A stretch of 64,000 nt of DNA. It comes from Macrostomum lignano. Taxonomy: Eukaryota. The notes below the pieces were generated by a model that saw only the letters and a list, made by a program, of their open reading frames with translations, was not told the origin of the DNA and ran no database searches. The stretch spans positions 628,146-692,145 of the forward strand of contig NIVC01000225.1 of assembly GCA_002269645.1 (NCBI GenBank). Reading direction: 5' to 3'. Below, one piece after another: positions 37,288-51,737 of this stretch. Both the position numbers and the translations under genes were made by a program. How positions within the stretch are numbered: the first letter of the stretch is position 1; each line of letters opens with the position of its first letter.

Positions 37288-37849
37288 TGATTTCTTAGTG
37301 TCTTGTCTTAGTGACTGTCCGTGTCTCTGTGTTAGTGTTTGTCTTTTATCCCTCAGTGTACATCTCATCGAGCCGAAAGCTCAGACGAGTCAGCTTTCAA
37401 GTTCCCCCACGGAAAGTCAACAGAGGCCGGCCGGCCTTGTCCGATCAATCATTCAACTTCCGACCAGGCCCTCAAGCACGGCGATCTCTTTCTTCGCCTC
37501 GCATTCATTTCCTCGAATGCGCGACCGAATCCGTCTTTTTATTCCCCTCCCGCCATGATTGCCTGGCCTCAATATTTGCTCTGCCCCATGTCCTCCATCA
37601 GAGAGCACTTCAGCAGGACAAGTCCTTCGGTTTTCAGCCCTGTCAAGCAGAGAAGGAAGAGAAAGAAAAGCAGACAGAGTAGATTCGGGGTGAAAAATTA
37701 ACTTTCTGCTTAAAACAAGCCCCGATCAGCATCAAACTCGAAATTCTAGCAATCGCAAATCTGCACACTTTTCCAACCTGTGAGTGCTCCCCAATAGACG
37801 GGTGAAACTAATAGGTACATGGCTTACTACCAACCTTGCCTTCACTTCT

Positions 37850-39005
37850 CTGTTTCCTCTCTCACCTTTCCTCCCTCTCTCACCTCTCCTCCCCCTCTCT
37901 CACCTCTCCTCCCGATCTCTTACCTCTCCTCCCCCTCTCTCACCTCTCCTCCCCCTCTCTCACCTCTCCTCCCGGTCTCTCACCTCTCCTCCCCCTCTCT
38001 CACCTCTCCTCCCGGTCTCTCACCTCTCCTCCCGGTCTCTCACCTCTCCTCCCCCTCTCTCACCTCTCCTCCCCCTCTCTCACCTCTCCTCCCCCTCTCT
38101 CACCTCTCCTCCCCCTCTCTCACCTCTCCTCCCGGTCTCTCACCTCTCCTCCCCCTCTCTCACCTCTCCTCCCGGTCTCTCACCTCTCCTCCCGGTCTCT
38201 CACCTCTCCTCCCCCTCTCTCACCTCTCCCCCCCTCTCTCACCTCTCGCCCCCTCTCTCACCTCTCCTCCCCCTCTCTCACCTCTCCTCCCCCTCTCTCA
38301 CCTCTCCTCCCCCTCTCTCACCTCTCCTCCCCCTCTCTCACCTCTCCTCCCGATCTCTCACCTCTCCTCACGTCTCTCACCTCTCCTCCCCCCTCTCTCA
38401 CCCCTCCTCTCCCTCTCAAACCTCTCCCCCTCGCCCTCCCTCACCACTCCTCTGCTCTCTCCCTCCCTCACCACTCCTCTGCTCTCTCCCTCTCTCACCT
38501 CTCCTCCCCCTCTCTCACCTCTCCTCCCCCTCTCTCACCTCTCCTCCCCCTCTCTCACCTCTCCTCTCCCTCTCTCACCTCTCCTCCCTCTCTCACCTCT
38601 CCTCCCTCTCTCACCTCTCCTCTCCCTCTCTCACCTCTCCTCCCCCTCTCTCACCTCTCCTCTTCCTCTCTCACCTCTCCCCCTCCTCTCTCACCTCTCC
38701 TCCCGATCTCTCACCTCTCCTCACGTCTCTCACCTCTCCTCCCCTCTCTCTCACCCCTCCTCTCCCTCTCAAACCTCTCCCCCTCGCCCTCCCTCACCAC
38801 TCCTCTGCTCTCTCCCTCCCTCACCACTCCTCTGCTCTCTCCCTCTCTCACCTCTCCTCCCCCTCTCTCACCTCTCCTCCCCTCTCTCACCTCTCCTCCC
38901 CCTCTCTCACCTCTCCTCCCCCTCTCTCACCTCTCCTCTCCCTCTCTCACCTCTCCTCCCTCTCTCACCTCTCCTCCCTCTCTCACCTCCCCCTTCCCTC
39001 ACCTC
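37850..39005. repeat. Pyrimidine-rich ~20-bp minisatellite (CTCTCTCACCTCTCCTCCCC)
   Basis: Includes an internal duplicated block (~38340-38500 and ~38700-38860). Confidence 0.9.
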
Positions 39006-39610
39006 TCTTCCCCCGCTGCCTCTCTGCTTCCCCCCACCCGAGGGATCAGGGCTTAGAAACACATACGAGTACTAACCTACCCGAAAACACCCTGACATAA
39101 TTATCTACTACATATACTCATATGGCCTACTTGCCGAGCAATCTATCGAGAGCTCTCCCACAGCCAGGTAAAAACCTGGTCCTCGTCTTTCACCTCGATA
39201 TAGAGAGAAGGAACAGGACAAGACGGGGACTTTCCCTTCCCGCTCTCTCTCTTGACTTCCTCAGGAAACCCAAACCAGCTCTGCTAGGCATAGCCTTGGA
39301 GACGAAATTAGGCCAGGGGAAAATCTCATCTAGCCTGCCCACCTCTTCCACACTGCCTGTCTGCCTGTCTGTCCTCTTCTCGCTCTGTCGACTGGCCAGC
39401 CATAGTACACTCTAGACTTAATTTATTATTTTTTTGCTTTGGACTTTTAATGGCTCGATTACAAGCGATGGATTGCATTGAGCCTTATATTACTGTGATA
39501 CTTATAGCCTCATAGGTGTTTTATTAGCTATTTTTTAGCTCGGATAAATTGGCAGTGTTGTGTTTGTAACGATTCACTAAATGTATCTTTTCTCCCCTGC
39601 CTCCTTCATC

Positions 39611-40262
39611 TCTGTCCCCTGTCCCCTCTGTCCCCTCTGTCCCCTCTGTCCCCTCTGTCCCCTCTGTCCCCTCTGTCCCCTCTGTCCCCTCTGTCCCCTC
39701 TGTCCCCTCTGTCCCCTCTGTCCCCTCTGTCCCCTCTGTCCCCTCTGTCCCCTCTGTCCCCTCTGTCCCCTCTGTCCCCTCTGTCCCCTCTGTCCCCTCT
39801 GTCCCCTCTGTCCCCTCTGTCCCCTCTGTCCCTCTGTCCCCTCTGTCCCCTCTGTCCCCTCTGTCCCCTCTGTCCCCTCTGTCCCCTCTGTCCCTCTGTC
39901 CCCTCTGTCCCCTCTGTCCCCTCTGTCCCCTCTGTCCCCTCTGTCCCCTCTGTCCCCTCTGTCCCCTCTGTCCCCTCTGTCCCCTCTGTCCCTTCTGTCC
40001 CCTCTGTCCCCTCTGTCCCCTCTGTCCCCTCTGTCCCCTCTGTCCCCTCTGTCCCCTCTGTCCCCTCTGTCCCCTCTGTCCCCTCTGTCCCCTCTGTCCC
40101 CTCTGTCCCCTCTGTCCCCTCTGTCCCCTCTGTCCCCTCTGTCCCCTCTGTCCCCTCTGTCCCCTCTGTCCCCTCTGTCCCCTCTGTCCCCTCTGTCCCT
40201 TCTGTCCCTTCTGTCCCCTCTGTCCCCTCTGTCCCCTCTGTCCCCTCTGTCCCCTCTGTCCC
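39611..40262. repeat. 9-bp tandem repeat (TCTGTCCCC)n
   Basis: About 72 copies. Confidence 0.95.
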
Positions 40263-40588
40263 CTCTGATCCCTCTCTCCCCTCTCTTGACTCTCTCCCCT
40301 CTCTCGACTCTCTCCCCTCTCTTCTTGACTCTCTCCCCTCTCTCGACTCTCTCCTCTCTCCTTCCTCCTCCTCTCACCTCCCTTCTCTCCTCTACTCTCT
40401 CCATTCTCTATCCTTCCATCTCTATCCCCTCACCCCTCCTCTCTCCTCTCCCATATCTTCCCTCTCCGCATTACTATCCCCCTAACTATCTATTGCATCC
40501 AAAAAATATTTTAAAAAGCAAAAATTTCCTATCCAAAAGTTTTTCTTTCAGTCAACAAAGTTGGGAAGAAGCAATTAGCTAAGTCTTT

Positions 40589-40836
40589 TTTGCTTTGCAT
40601 GCACTTGAGCCAGGCAGTAACACATGCCCGTCAGTGCAGATGAATACTGGGGGGGGGGGTAAATTCTACTCGTATACAAGGGCTTGCCGAGTGCATGTAC
40701 TCATAGTTGAGCAAGGATGAAGTGTGTAGCCGCCATCGATGAGCCCAAAATAGCCTTGCTCTCGTCCTCGAGCTCGACCGACCTCGTTTATCACTGCCTT
40801 GCCCCACCTGTGTCCCAGCGGCATCCAACATTCCCG
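40589..40836 (+). mobile_element. ~250-bp dispersed element (SINE-like or LINE 3' end) ending in an (ATCT)n tail, copy 1
   Basis: About 90% similar by eye to the reverse complement of 51738-51990; both copies run directly into (ATCT)n. Confidence 0.75.
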
Positions 40837-42535
<1,699 letters not shown>

Positions 42536-43424
42536 CCAGAAGACGACAGAGCTTCCACAGCGCCCGATATCCTCAAGGTAAATAAATATTTTCAGCGATT
42601 CCAAGTCACGCGCCGTTTCAATGCCCTCAAGAGCCGCATATCCGCCCTACCACCCACTCCCCCTAGCAACTGAGGATCAATGCGTCTATTGAGGCGCTGC
42701 AGTCCCCTCTCGTGGCATTCATTCGCCAGCTGAACGCTGAGCCATTGCATTGTGCAGCCAGTACGAAGTGTAATAATGGCGCACCGCAGCTACCCAATGG
42801 GAACTGGCGTTGGCCCAGATATCCCCTCGGTTGGTGGGCAGACTTGTGAAAGCTTAGGTGTGAGCGGCGACTCTGACTCACGCATTTAAGGCCAACAACT
42901 CCCTTCCTTACCCCACTGCCTATCTCTCGATCCCCAATTGGGCAAGAGAGAAATTCGCCTTTACCCAATCTGCAACCATTGTAGAAAGGTTGGGCTGCTC
43001 TCAACCGTACTCACATCGCAGTACGCCTTATTGCTCATTTCTGCCTCCACCCCCCAAGCCTTCTACTACCTCTTCCTTCTTTATAAGCGCTGCGTCTGTT
43101 GTCATTGACAACCCCCTTGGCTGCCTTCTCGGTCCCTGCTCTCCGCTTCCTGCCTGTCAGGGGATTTATTTTTTTTTACCTCCGGCCAATTCAGCAACTC
43201 AGCGCCCAGCAACCACTCTTGAAGAGTCAAAGAAGAGAAGGTTCAGTTTCCAAAGAAGCCTTCTCGCTGCGCCTCCCCCCTCCGACTTCTCTCCGGGTAT
43301 AAATTGAATCACGGCCGGTCAGGTGCGGCCCAAGGATGTCGCGTTTGGCGACTAGCAGCTGTAGCGACACTGAGCCAAGAGTTGCGACGAAGCTACAACA
43401 GGGAAGTCAGCAAAAGCCAACGGT

Positions 43425-46244
43425 ATGTCATTACTGAGCCTCTGGCTGGTGCCGGAGAGTGACAGCCTGCTGCAGCAGCTGATGCTGTGGCTGCGACACC
43501 GGCTGCTGCAACTGCCTGTGTTTGCCAATGTCACGCTGCTGAACGACACAAGCTGGACAGACAACGCGGATGTCGGAGTGTCGCAACTGGTTGCCAACCA
43601 GGTTCGCCTGGACTCGGCCTACTTTGCCGCCTTCTGCTGCATCCAGCTGCTGGCAATTCTGGCCCCAGCGCTGCTTTGCGCTTGCGTGTGGAGGCGTCGG
43701 AGACGGCGGCAGCGGCGGCGGCGGCGGCGGATGAAGCGGCCTCAGGATCCGGAGGTCGAGGGCCGTGTCAAACCTGGCAGCCGTGAGGTGTCCGTGTACG
43801 CTATTAGCGGTCTGTCGGGCTTCGACGAGTCGAGTAGCGACAGGTGCTCGGTGAGCACGTGCGCCTCAGACACAACAGACGCTGGCGGGCACTGGTGCGA
43901 TTCAAGCATCTCGGACAGCGACATCGAGGTCAGCCAGCATCGATGCTTGGTGCTATCAATGCTGGTGCTGCTGCTGCTGCTGCTGGCTACCGCTGCTGTA
44001 TCTGTGGCGCTGCTCATCGATTTCTGGAACAGCGGCAACCAGCTGCAGTCCCGGATGCTGACGGAGAGCAACAGGACGGCCACGTTCCGGGCATCCACCG
44101 CCCAGCTCGTCTCCGATGTCAATCGTCTGATTGACGACCTGATCGAGTCGAGCAACGCCACGTTAATTGACGAATTCCAGGCGAACTTCTACGTCATACA
44201 GAGCTTCTTCAATGGCTTTGCAAGGTATATTATTGAGCAACTGTTCGATCTGCTGAAACTGCAGCCTGTGCTAGTGCAGCTGGAGGCCTTCATCTCAAAG
44301 ATCGAGTCCGTGGAGAAGATTCAGTCTCAGGCGAAAGTTTTAGCTGCCGATCTGACCAGCGTCAAAGCGGAACTGGACGATCTTCGCTCAGAACTGAACA
44401 GCAGCTGCAGCAAGCTCTGCAACTCCGCGAGTTACTTTGAGTGTCCGAACATTCTCGCCAGCCTGTCAAATCTCAAGCTGCAGGTCAGCCCCAGCCTTGT
44501 GCAGTTCGACAGCCTCACCACGGTGATCACCTTCATGCGGCAGAGAGGCATCAATGTCACTCAGATGCGGTCAGACTTCATAGGAACCTACGCCAGCATC
44601 AACCAGTCTCTCCGCACCATCGATGCCGAGGTTAACAAGCTGTTGAACTCCGTGACCGTTGGCATTGCCAACGAGTTTGGCAAAATCAAGAATTCAAGTG
44701 CCAGTCTGACGGCAAGCCTGAGTCAAACAGCGGATTCTGAGTCGGTTTGGTCCGTTGTACGCGATGCGAGGACCTACTTCATCATTGCTGTGGTGCTCAT
44801 GAGCCTCGCCTTGTTGCCGTTCTACGTGTTCGCCGTACTTCTTGGCACCGATCTGGTTCGCTGCCTGTCCTGGCTGCTCTCTCTGATGTCCATGGAGCTT
44901 CGGGACCATCGACTGAGAAGTGTGCGACTGACGGACCTCAACAGCCTGGACGCTGGGCCCGAGCGCATCGGCGGCTTTCCAGTGTCGACGGTCAGCGCCG
45001 CTGATTTGCGACGCTACGACGAACGTCGGGCAAAATTGCGGAAATATCGGCAGCACTGCTTGGGCAGCTTCCGCCAGTTGAGCGGCTCGTCGAGAACTTA
45101 CGCTTGCGGCGTCCTAGCAGTCTCCATAGTGACGACGCTCGCGTTCAGCCTGCCAGTGCTGGCCTACTATGCCACTAGCGTGGCCGACGTTCGTCTCTGT
45201 CGCTACTTAAGGACGTCTGAAGGTCGAGCAACCCTAGACGCCAATCTGGACTCCGCACTGCTCCAGCATCTGTGGCCAGGTGTTACTAACCTGCTGGAGA
45301 AGAGTCTCCAGCTGCCCATACCGTTCGACTTTAGCAAACGACCCAACCAGCTGTTCACCAGACTGAGCACTCAGTGCGACAATAGCAGCGTCTCCCTGTT
45401 CACCGCCCTGCAAATGATGAACGTTATCAACTTAACAGCGTTCGTTTATTCGCCTACAGTGCAGCAGAATCTTGACTACGGCAAGAATATGCTGCACGCG
45501 GCACTCGCTGGCCTGGCACCAGAGACTGTGCTGTCCGCCGATCTTCGCAGCATCGGCGAGAGCGCCGAGGTGTCAGCTTTGGGCAGCCTAATCGACGAGG
45601 AACTGAGCCGGATCGACCTGCTTAACCAGCTGGACCAGCCGCTTCTGAAACTCGACGCCGTCGCTCTGACCGATGCAATCGACCGACTCGCCGACGCCAG
45701 CTCGACCACTTCCGCAGCCGTCATAGCGAAGCACTACAACAACGAGTTGCGCAGTCAAACTTTGTCCAAGTTAAGCTTTCTGCAACGCCGGGTAGAAATT
45801 CTGACCGCCGTCATCAACGCCACGGCAACTGGCCCGTCAGCCACGAGCACCATCCAGCGGCTCGCCGCGAACATCGCCGGCTACAAAGCCGCATTCGGCA
45901 GTCCGGCATCCGTGAAGGCCGCGGCTGACGGGGTGTACGACGCCACCGTAGGCAGATACCTGCCGCCGCTGGTGCAGCTGCTCGACCCGATGAGGGAGAG
46001 GATTCTGCAGCGCCTGCTCCCCTGTCTGGGATTTCAGCAGCTAGTGGAGTCGGGCTCGGCTCTGGCCTGCTCGGAAGTCATCGAATCGTCTTTGAGCGTG
46101 GCTCTGGCTCTGCTGTTGAGTCTGGTGGCTCTGCTTCTGGCCGCTTGCGTTTTCCTTGGATTGCTTCTGCAGGCCAGCGGTTTCTGCTGCATCCTGCGCG
46201 GCTGCGGCTGCTGCTGCGGCTGCAATCGGGACTGCTCCAGCTAG
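43425..46244 (+). CDS. Prominin-like pentaspan membrane glycoprotein, single ORF of 939 aa
   Basis: Five hydrophobic segments in a 1-2-2 pattern with two ~250-290 aa helical extracellular loops carrying N-glycosylation sequons. Prominin-like Cys positions (CSKLC...C; RLCRYL after TM4; TQCDN..SLFTALQM; LAC before TM5). The N-terminus may differ: ATG 43336 with a possible short intron from GT 43423. Confidence 0.78.
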   Translation: MSLLSLWLVPESDSLLQQLMLWLRHRLLQLPVFANVTLLNDTSWTDNADVGVSQLVANQVRLDSAYFAAFCCIQLLAILAPALLCACVWRRRRRRQRRRRRRMKRPQDPEVEGRVKPGSREVSVYAISGLSGFDESSSDRCSVSTCASDTTDAGGHWCDSSISDSDIEVSQHRCLVLSMLVLLLLLLATAAVSVALLIDFWNSGNQLQSRMLTESNRTATFRASTAQLVSDVNRLIDDLIESSNATLIDEFQANFYVIQSFFNGFARYIIEQLFDLLKLQPVLVQLEAFISKIESVEKIQSQAKVLAADLTSVKAELDDLRSELNSSCSKLCNSASYFECPNILASLSNLKLQVSPSLVQFDSLTTVITFMRQRGINVTQMRSDFIGTYASINQSLRTIDAEVNKLLNSVTVGIANEFGKIKNSSASLTASLSQTADSESVWSVVRDARTYFIIAVVLMSLALLPFYVFAVLLGTDLVRCLSWLLSLMSMELRDHRLRSVRLTDLNSLDAGPERIGGFPVSTVSAADLRRYDERRAKLRKYRQHCLGSFRQLSGSSRTYACGVLAVSIVTTLAFSLPVLAYYATSVADVRLCRYLRTSEGRATLDANLDSALLQHLWPGVTNLLEKSLQLPIPFDFSKRPNQLFTRLSTQCDNSSVSLFTALQMMNVINLTAFVYSPTVQQNLDYGKNMLHAALAGLAPETVLSADLRSIGESAEVSALGSLIDEELSRIDLLNQLDQPLLKLDAVALTDAIDRLADASSTTSAAVIAKHYNNELRSQTLSKLSFLQRRVEILTAVINATATGPSATSTIQRLAANIAGYKAAFGSPASVKAAADGVYDATVGRYLPPLVQLLDPMRERILQRLLPCLGFQQLVESGSALACSEVIESSLSVALALLLSLVALLLAACVFLGLLLQASGFCCILRGCGCCCGCNRDCSS

Positions 46245-46589
46245 CTCCGGCTGCTGCTGCGGCTGCAATCGGGACTGCTCCAGCTAGCTCCGGCTGCTGC
46301 TGCGGCTGCAATCGGGACTGCTCCAGCTAGCTCCGGCTGCTGCTGCGGCTGCAATCGGGACTGCTCCAGCTAGCTCCGGCTGCTGCTGCGGCTGCAATCG
46401 GGACTGCTCCAGCTAGCTCCGGCTGCTGCTGCGGCTGCAATCGGGACTGCTCCAGCTAGCTCCGGCTGCTGCTGCGGCTGCAATCGGGACTGCTCCAGCT
46501 AGCTCCGGCTGCAATCGGGACTGCTCCAGCTAGCTCCGGCTGCAATCGGGACTGCTCCAGCTAGCTCCGGCTGCAATCGGGACTGCTCA
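46202..46589. repeat. 43-bp tandem repeat (then 31-bp variants) that includes the prominin stop codon
   Basis: Unit CTAGCTCCGGCTGCTGCTGCGGCTGCAATCGGGACTGCTCCAG; CTAG at 46241, 46284, 46327 and onward. Confidence 0.93.
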
Positions 46590-47368
46590 GCTTTTCCACC
46601 TATACTTTCAGATAATTAAGCTAATTTATGATCTTTACCTGTGCATTGAGCAGTAGGAACACGTAATCTGCCCTGAGATTGGGATTTTCTGCTTGTCCAT
46701 TTTTTCGAGAACATGTCTTGATAAAAGTACTTTTTTCCTCGATTGCATGCTTGATGACTTACGTCAGTTCACACCTGTAATTTTCAAATGGAGCAGGAGC
46801 GAATCGAAAGAGGAATAGGAGAGAGAGGAGACGGAAAGGGTGAGGAAGAGAGAGATAAAGAGAGAAAAGAAGAGAGAGGGAGATGGGAAGGAAGGGAGAG
46901 AGAGGAGAAGTGAAAGATATAGAAAGGGACAGAGAAAGATGGAGAGTGAGAGGTAGGGAAACGACAGTGGCTTAAACTGAGTCATCAAACAATATTAATA
47001 CTTTAAATTTTTCATATTTAATTAACTGAAAACGAGTTGCAGCGCTCTCATTGCTTTTGCATTCACAATTGTGCTATACTTAGAAATTTGCTTCATTCTC
47101 TGTTGTAGCTCGTAAAACGAACAAGCTTTCAATATACCGGTTTCATTGCCGCCCAAAAAGTCGTCCGAAAACTCGTTTAGCTGACAGAAATTGCTTCCTA
47201 AATACTGTGCGATAATTTACGATGCCTTAGCTAATGCAATTCATTGCTGAAGATCCCTGTATCTGAGATTTCTGAAGATAGCTGTTTTCATGTGCCCACT
47301 TTGTGGACACAGCAGTTACACGTGTCTTCCTGGTCTCGCTCATTTTATTTAGCTAGATAGTACGAAAT

Positions 47369-47370
<2 letters not shown>

Positions 47371-47440
<70 letters not shown>

Positions 47441-47626
47441 ATAGATAGACAGATAGATAGATAGATAGACAGATAGATAGACAGATAGATAGATAGATAG
47501 ACAGATAGATAGACAGATAGACAGATAGATAGACAGATAGATAGATAGATAGACAGATAGATAGACAGATAGATAGATAGATAGACAGATAGATAGATAG
47601 ATAGACAGATAGATAGATAGATAGAC

Positions 47627-47669
<43 letters not shown>

Positions 47670-47690
47670 CAGATAGATAGATAGATAGAC

Positions 47691-47721
<31 letters not shown>

Positions 47722-47868
47722 CAGATAGATAGACAGATAGATAGATAGATAGATAGACAGATAGATAGATAGATAGACAGATAGATAGATAGATAGACAG
47801 ATAGATAGATAGATAGACAGATAGATAGATAGATAGACAGATAGATAGATAGACAGATAGACAGATAG
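47371..47868. repeat. Compound (GATA/GACA)n microsatellite
   Basis: Read directly from sequence. Confidence 0.95.
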
Positions 47869-48249
47869 GCAGAGAGGTAAACAGGATCAAATGAAACCCA
47901 AAATAGCACCGTGGGCTGAGTCAATCCTATACTTTTGAAGGGCAGACTAGCAGTATAATTTATTAATCTGTGCCTCAATGCGCCAGTGGGCAGTGGGGGT
48001 AGGCAGTAAGAATTCTACAGCGACTCAATGCATAATGCAGACCCAGCTGCAGAGTCTTCATCTCATTCCCAATCGGATTCCCAGTTGCAATTGGCGCGCC
48101 GCTCTTATTAAATAGAAAACTAAAAAGATTCTGCATTTGTGTCCCTGATAAATTGAATTGGTTTTTGAGCTGCGTAGCTAAGGATAACGGGGTAGTTAAG
48201 GAAGCGGAATGATTGACAGCTGGAATGAGCAGCCATGGTATTAAAATCC

Positions 48250-49727
48250 AGAGGCTACAGACAGAGGCTACAGATTGAGTAGAGAGGCTACAGATTGAGT
48301 AGAGAGGCTACAGATTGAGTAGAGAGGCTACAGATTGAGTAGAGAGGCTACAGATTGAGTAGAGAGGCTACAGATTGAGTAGAGAGGCTACAGATTGAGT
48401 AGAGAGGCTACAGATTGAGTAGAGAGGCTACAGATTGAGTAGAGAGGCTACAGATTGAGTAGAGAGGCTACAGATTGAGTAGAGAGGCTACAGATTGAGT
48501 AGAGAGGCTACAGATTGAGTAGAGAGGCTACAGATTGAGTACAGAGGCTACAGATTGAGTAGAGAGGCTACAGATTGAGTACAGAGGCTACAGATTGAGT
48601 AGAGAGGCTACAGATTGATTAGAGAGGCTACAGATTGAGTAGAGAGGCTACAGATTGAGTAGAGAGGCTACAGATTGAGTAGAGAGGCTACAGATTGAGT
48701 AGAGAGGCTACAGATTGAGTACAGAGGCTACAGATTGAGTAGAGAGGCTACAGATCGAGTAGAGAGGCTACAGATTGAGTACAGAGGCTACAGATTGAGT
48801 AGAGAGGCTACAGATCGAGTAGAGAGGCTACAGATTGAGTACAGAGGCTACAGATTGAGTACAGAGGCTACAGATTGAGTAGAGAGGCTACAGATCGAGT
48901 AGAGAGGCTACAGATTGAGTAGAGAGGCTACAGATTGAGTAGAGAGGCTACAGATTGAGTAGAGAGGCTACAGATTGAGTAGAGAGGCTACAGATTGAGT
49001 AGAGAGGCTACAGATTGAGTAGAGAGGCTACAGATTGAGTAGAGAGGCTACAGATTGAGTACAGAGGCTACAGATTGAGTAGAGAGGCTACAGATTGAGT
49101 AGAGAGGCTACAGATTGAGTAGAGAGGCTACAGATTGAGTAGAGAGGCTACAGATTGAGTAGAGAGGCTACAGATTGAGTACAGAGGCTACAGATTGAGT
49201 AGAGAGGCTACAGATCGAGTAGAGAGGCTACAGATTGAGTACAGAGGCTACAGATTGAGTAGAGAGGCTACAGATCGAGTAGAGAGGCTACAGATTGAGT
49301 ACAGAGGCTACAGATTGAGTACAGAGGCTACAGATTGAGTAGAGAGGCTACAGATCGAGTACAGAGGCTACAGATTGAGTAGAGAGGCTACAGATCGAGT
49401 AGAGAGGCTACAGATTGAGTACAGAGGCTACAAATTGAGTACAGAGGCTACAGATTGAGTAGAGAGGCTACAGATCGAGTAGAGAGGCTACAGATTGAGT
49501 AGAGAGGCTACAGATCGAGTAGAGAGGCTACAGATTGAGTAGAGAGGCTACAGATCGAGTAGAGAGGCTACAGATTGAGTACAGAGGCTACAGATCGAGT
49601 AGAGAGGCTACAGATTGAGTACAGAGGCTACAGATTGAATACAGAGGCTACAGATCGAGTAGAGAGGCTACAGATTGAGTAGAGAGGCTACAGATTGAGT
49701 ACAGAGGCTACAGATTGAGTACAGAGG
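48250..49727. repeat. 20-bp minisatellite (AGAGAGGCTACAGATTGAGT)
   Basis: About 73 highly homogeneous copies. Confidence 0.96.
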
Positions 49728-50216
49728 CCGGAATGGGCATTTTAGGCAGCATATTAATTAGACGGGTAACCAATACCTGCAGCTCATTTTCGCGGTGGAT
49801 TGGAACTGCCCTCCCTCAGCCTAGCTGCTGAAGTCAAACTGACGCAGGAGACGGCACACGCTGCTGTAGCACAAATAAATCTTTTTGTATTCATTCCGCG
49901 TATCCCCTCCCCTCCCCGATCACCATGCATGCCTCTGGCGCCTAGATCATTAGTATTATTACTCGTACTATTACTACATACTATATTATTATTATAACTT
50001 TTAGCCTGCCCGGCCTCGCCAATAAAATCTAGAACAAAGGGCGGCCTAGCATTCGCGACTCTTTTCTTCTCGTCTCCTTCCCCTTCTCTCCCTTCTCCCG
50101 TTCACTCTCATCCATCGTCATCCTCCCTGCTATTGGCTTTTTCTCATTCATTTTAGGATTATTAGCACTGCACTGGGTCGGTATAGGGGAGAACTTTTGT
50201 AACAATGTAGATGCAT

Positions 50217-51092
50217 GTACTACTGTGAGCACTACTGTGAGCACACTACTGTGAGCACACTACTGTGAGCACACACTACTGTGAGCACACTACTATGAGC
50301 ACACTACTGTGAGCACACTACTGTGAGCACTGCTGTGAGCACACTACTGTGAGCACACTACAGTGAGCACACTACTGTGAGCACACTACTGTGAGCACTG
50401 CTGTGAGCACACTACAGTGAGCACACTACTGTGAGCACACTACTGTGAGCACACTACTGTGAGCACACTACTGTGAGCACACTACTGTGAGCACTGCTGT
50501 GAGCACTGCTGTGAGCACACTACTGTGAGCACACTACTGTGAGCACACTACTGTGAGCACACTACTGTGAGCACACTACTGTGAGCACACTACTGTGAGC
50601 ACTGCTGTGAGCACACTACTGTGAGCACACTACTGTGAGCACACTACTGTGAGCACACTACTGTGAGCACACTACTGTGAGCACACTACTGTGAGCACAC
50701 TACAATGAGCACACTACTGTGAGCACACTACTGTGAGCACACTACTACTGTGAGCACACTAACTGTGAGCACACTATGAGCACACTACTGTGAGCACACT
50801 ATGAGCACTCCATGAGCACACTACTGTAAGCACACTACTGTAAGCACACTACTGTAAGCACACTACTGTAAGCACACTACTGTAAGCACACTACTGTAAG
50901 CACACTACTGCAAGCATACTAATGTGAGCACACTACTGTGAGCACACTATGAGCACACTACTGTGAGCACACTACTGTAAGCACACTCTATGAGCACACT
51001 ACTGCAAGCATACTAATGGGAGCACACTACTGTGAGCACACTATGAGCACACTACTGTGAGCACACTACTGTAAGCACACTCTATGAGCACA
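50217..51092. repeat. 14-bp minisatellite (GTGAGCACACTACT)
   Basis: About 60 copies with indel variants. Confidence 0.93.
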
Positions 51093-51490
51093 TGACTTTA
51101 GATACACAATGTTTGTAACACTTATTGGGGCAAGTTTAAAAACGCCTGTGCCGCAAAGAATCACGTGTGGCCGGTCTCTGAGAAAAACACTGCTAAAAAT
51201 AGCTTTTATCTTCCATTGCTAACGGCCGGCTATTGCAGCAGTCTGAATAAACTCTCTCTGTTTTGGGACTAAATTTATTTATTTATAGAAAATAGAGCGG
51301 GTTTCCATTGACTACACTTCCTCAAAGCAACCGACTGTGCTTACCTGCGTACACAGCATGTACACCAGCGCAGGGCGATGCCCAAAATTAACCATTCTAA
51401 AAATAAACTGTTTTATGATTTCCCCTCTGATGCTGAGCATATTGGCTGTCTTATATAGATACAAATGTAATATGCTTAAGGTGCCAATTA

Positions 51491-51737
<247 letters not shown>

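Noticed and set aside
33686-37558. 1290-aa (VPVS)n ORF and related (GQTL)n and (GTDT)n ORFs
   Set aside because: They are a by-product of a stop-free 12-bp unit: several frames on both strands are open and there are no non-repetitive domains.
37569-37680. Strong minus-strand polypyrimidine tract and acceptor at ~37640 followed by GLKTEGLVLLKCSLMEDMGQSKY*
   Set aside because: No in-phase upstream exon or homology could be established.
39577-40404. Collagen-like (GDR)n/(GTE)n/(GQR)n ORF on the minus strand
   Set aside because: Gly-X-Y periodicity follows trivially from a 9-bp repeat. It switches between all three frames at indels and has no Pro, signal peptide or terminal domains.
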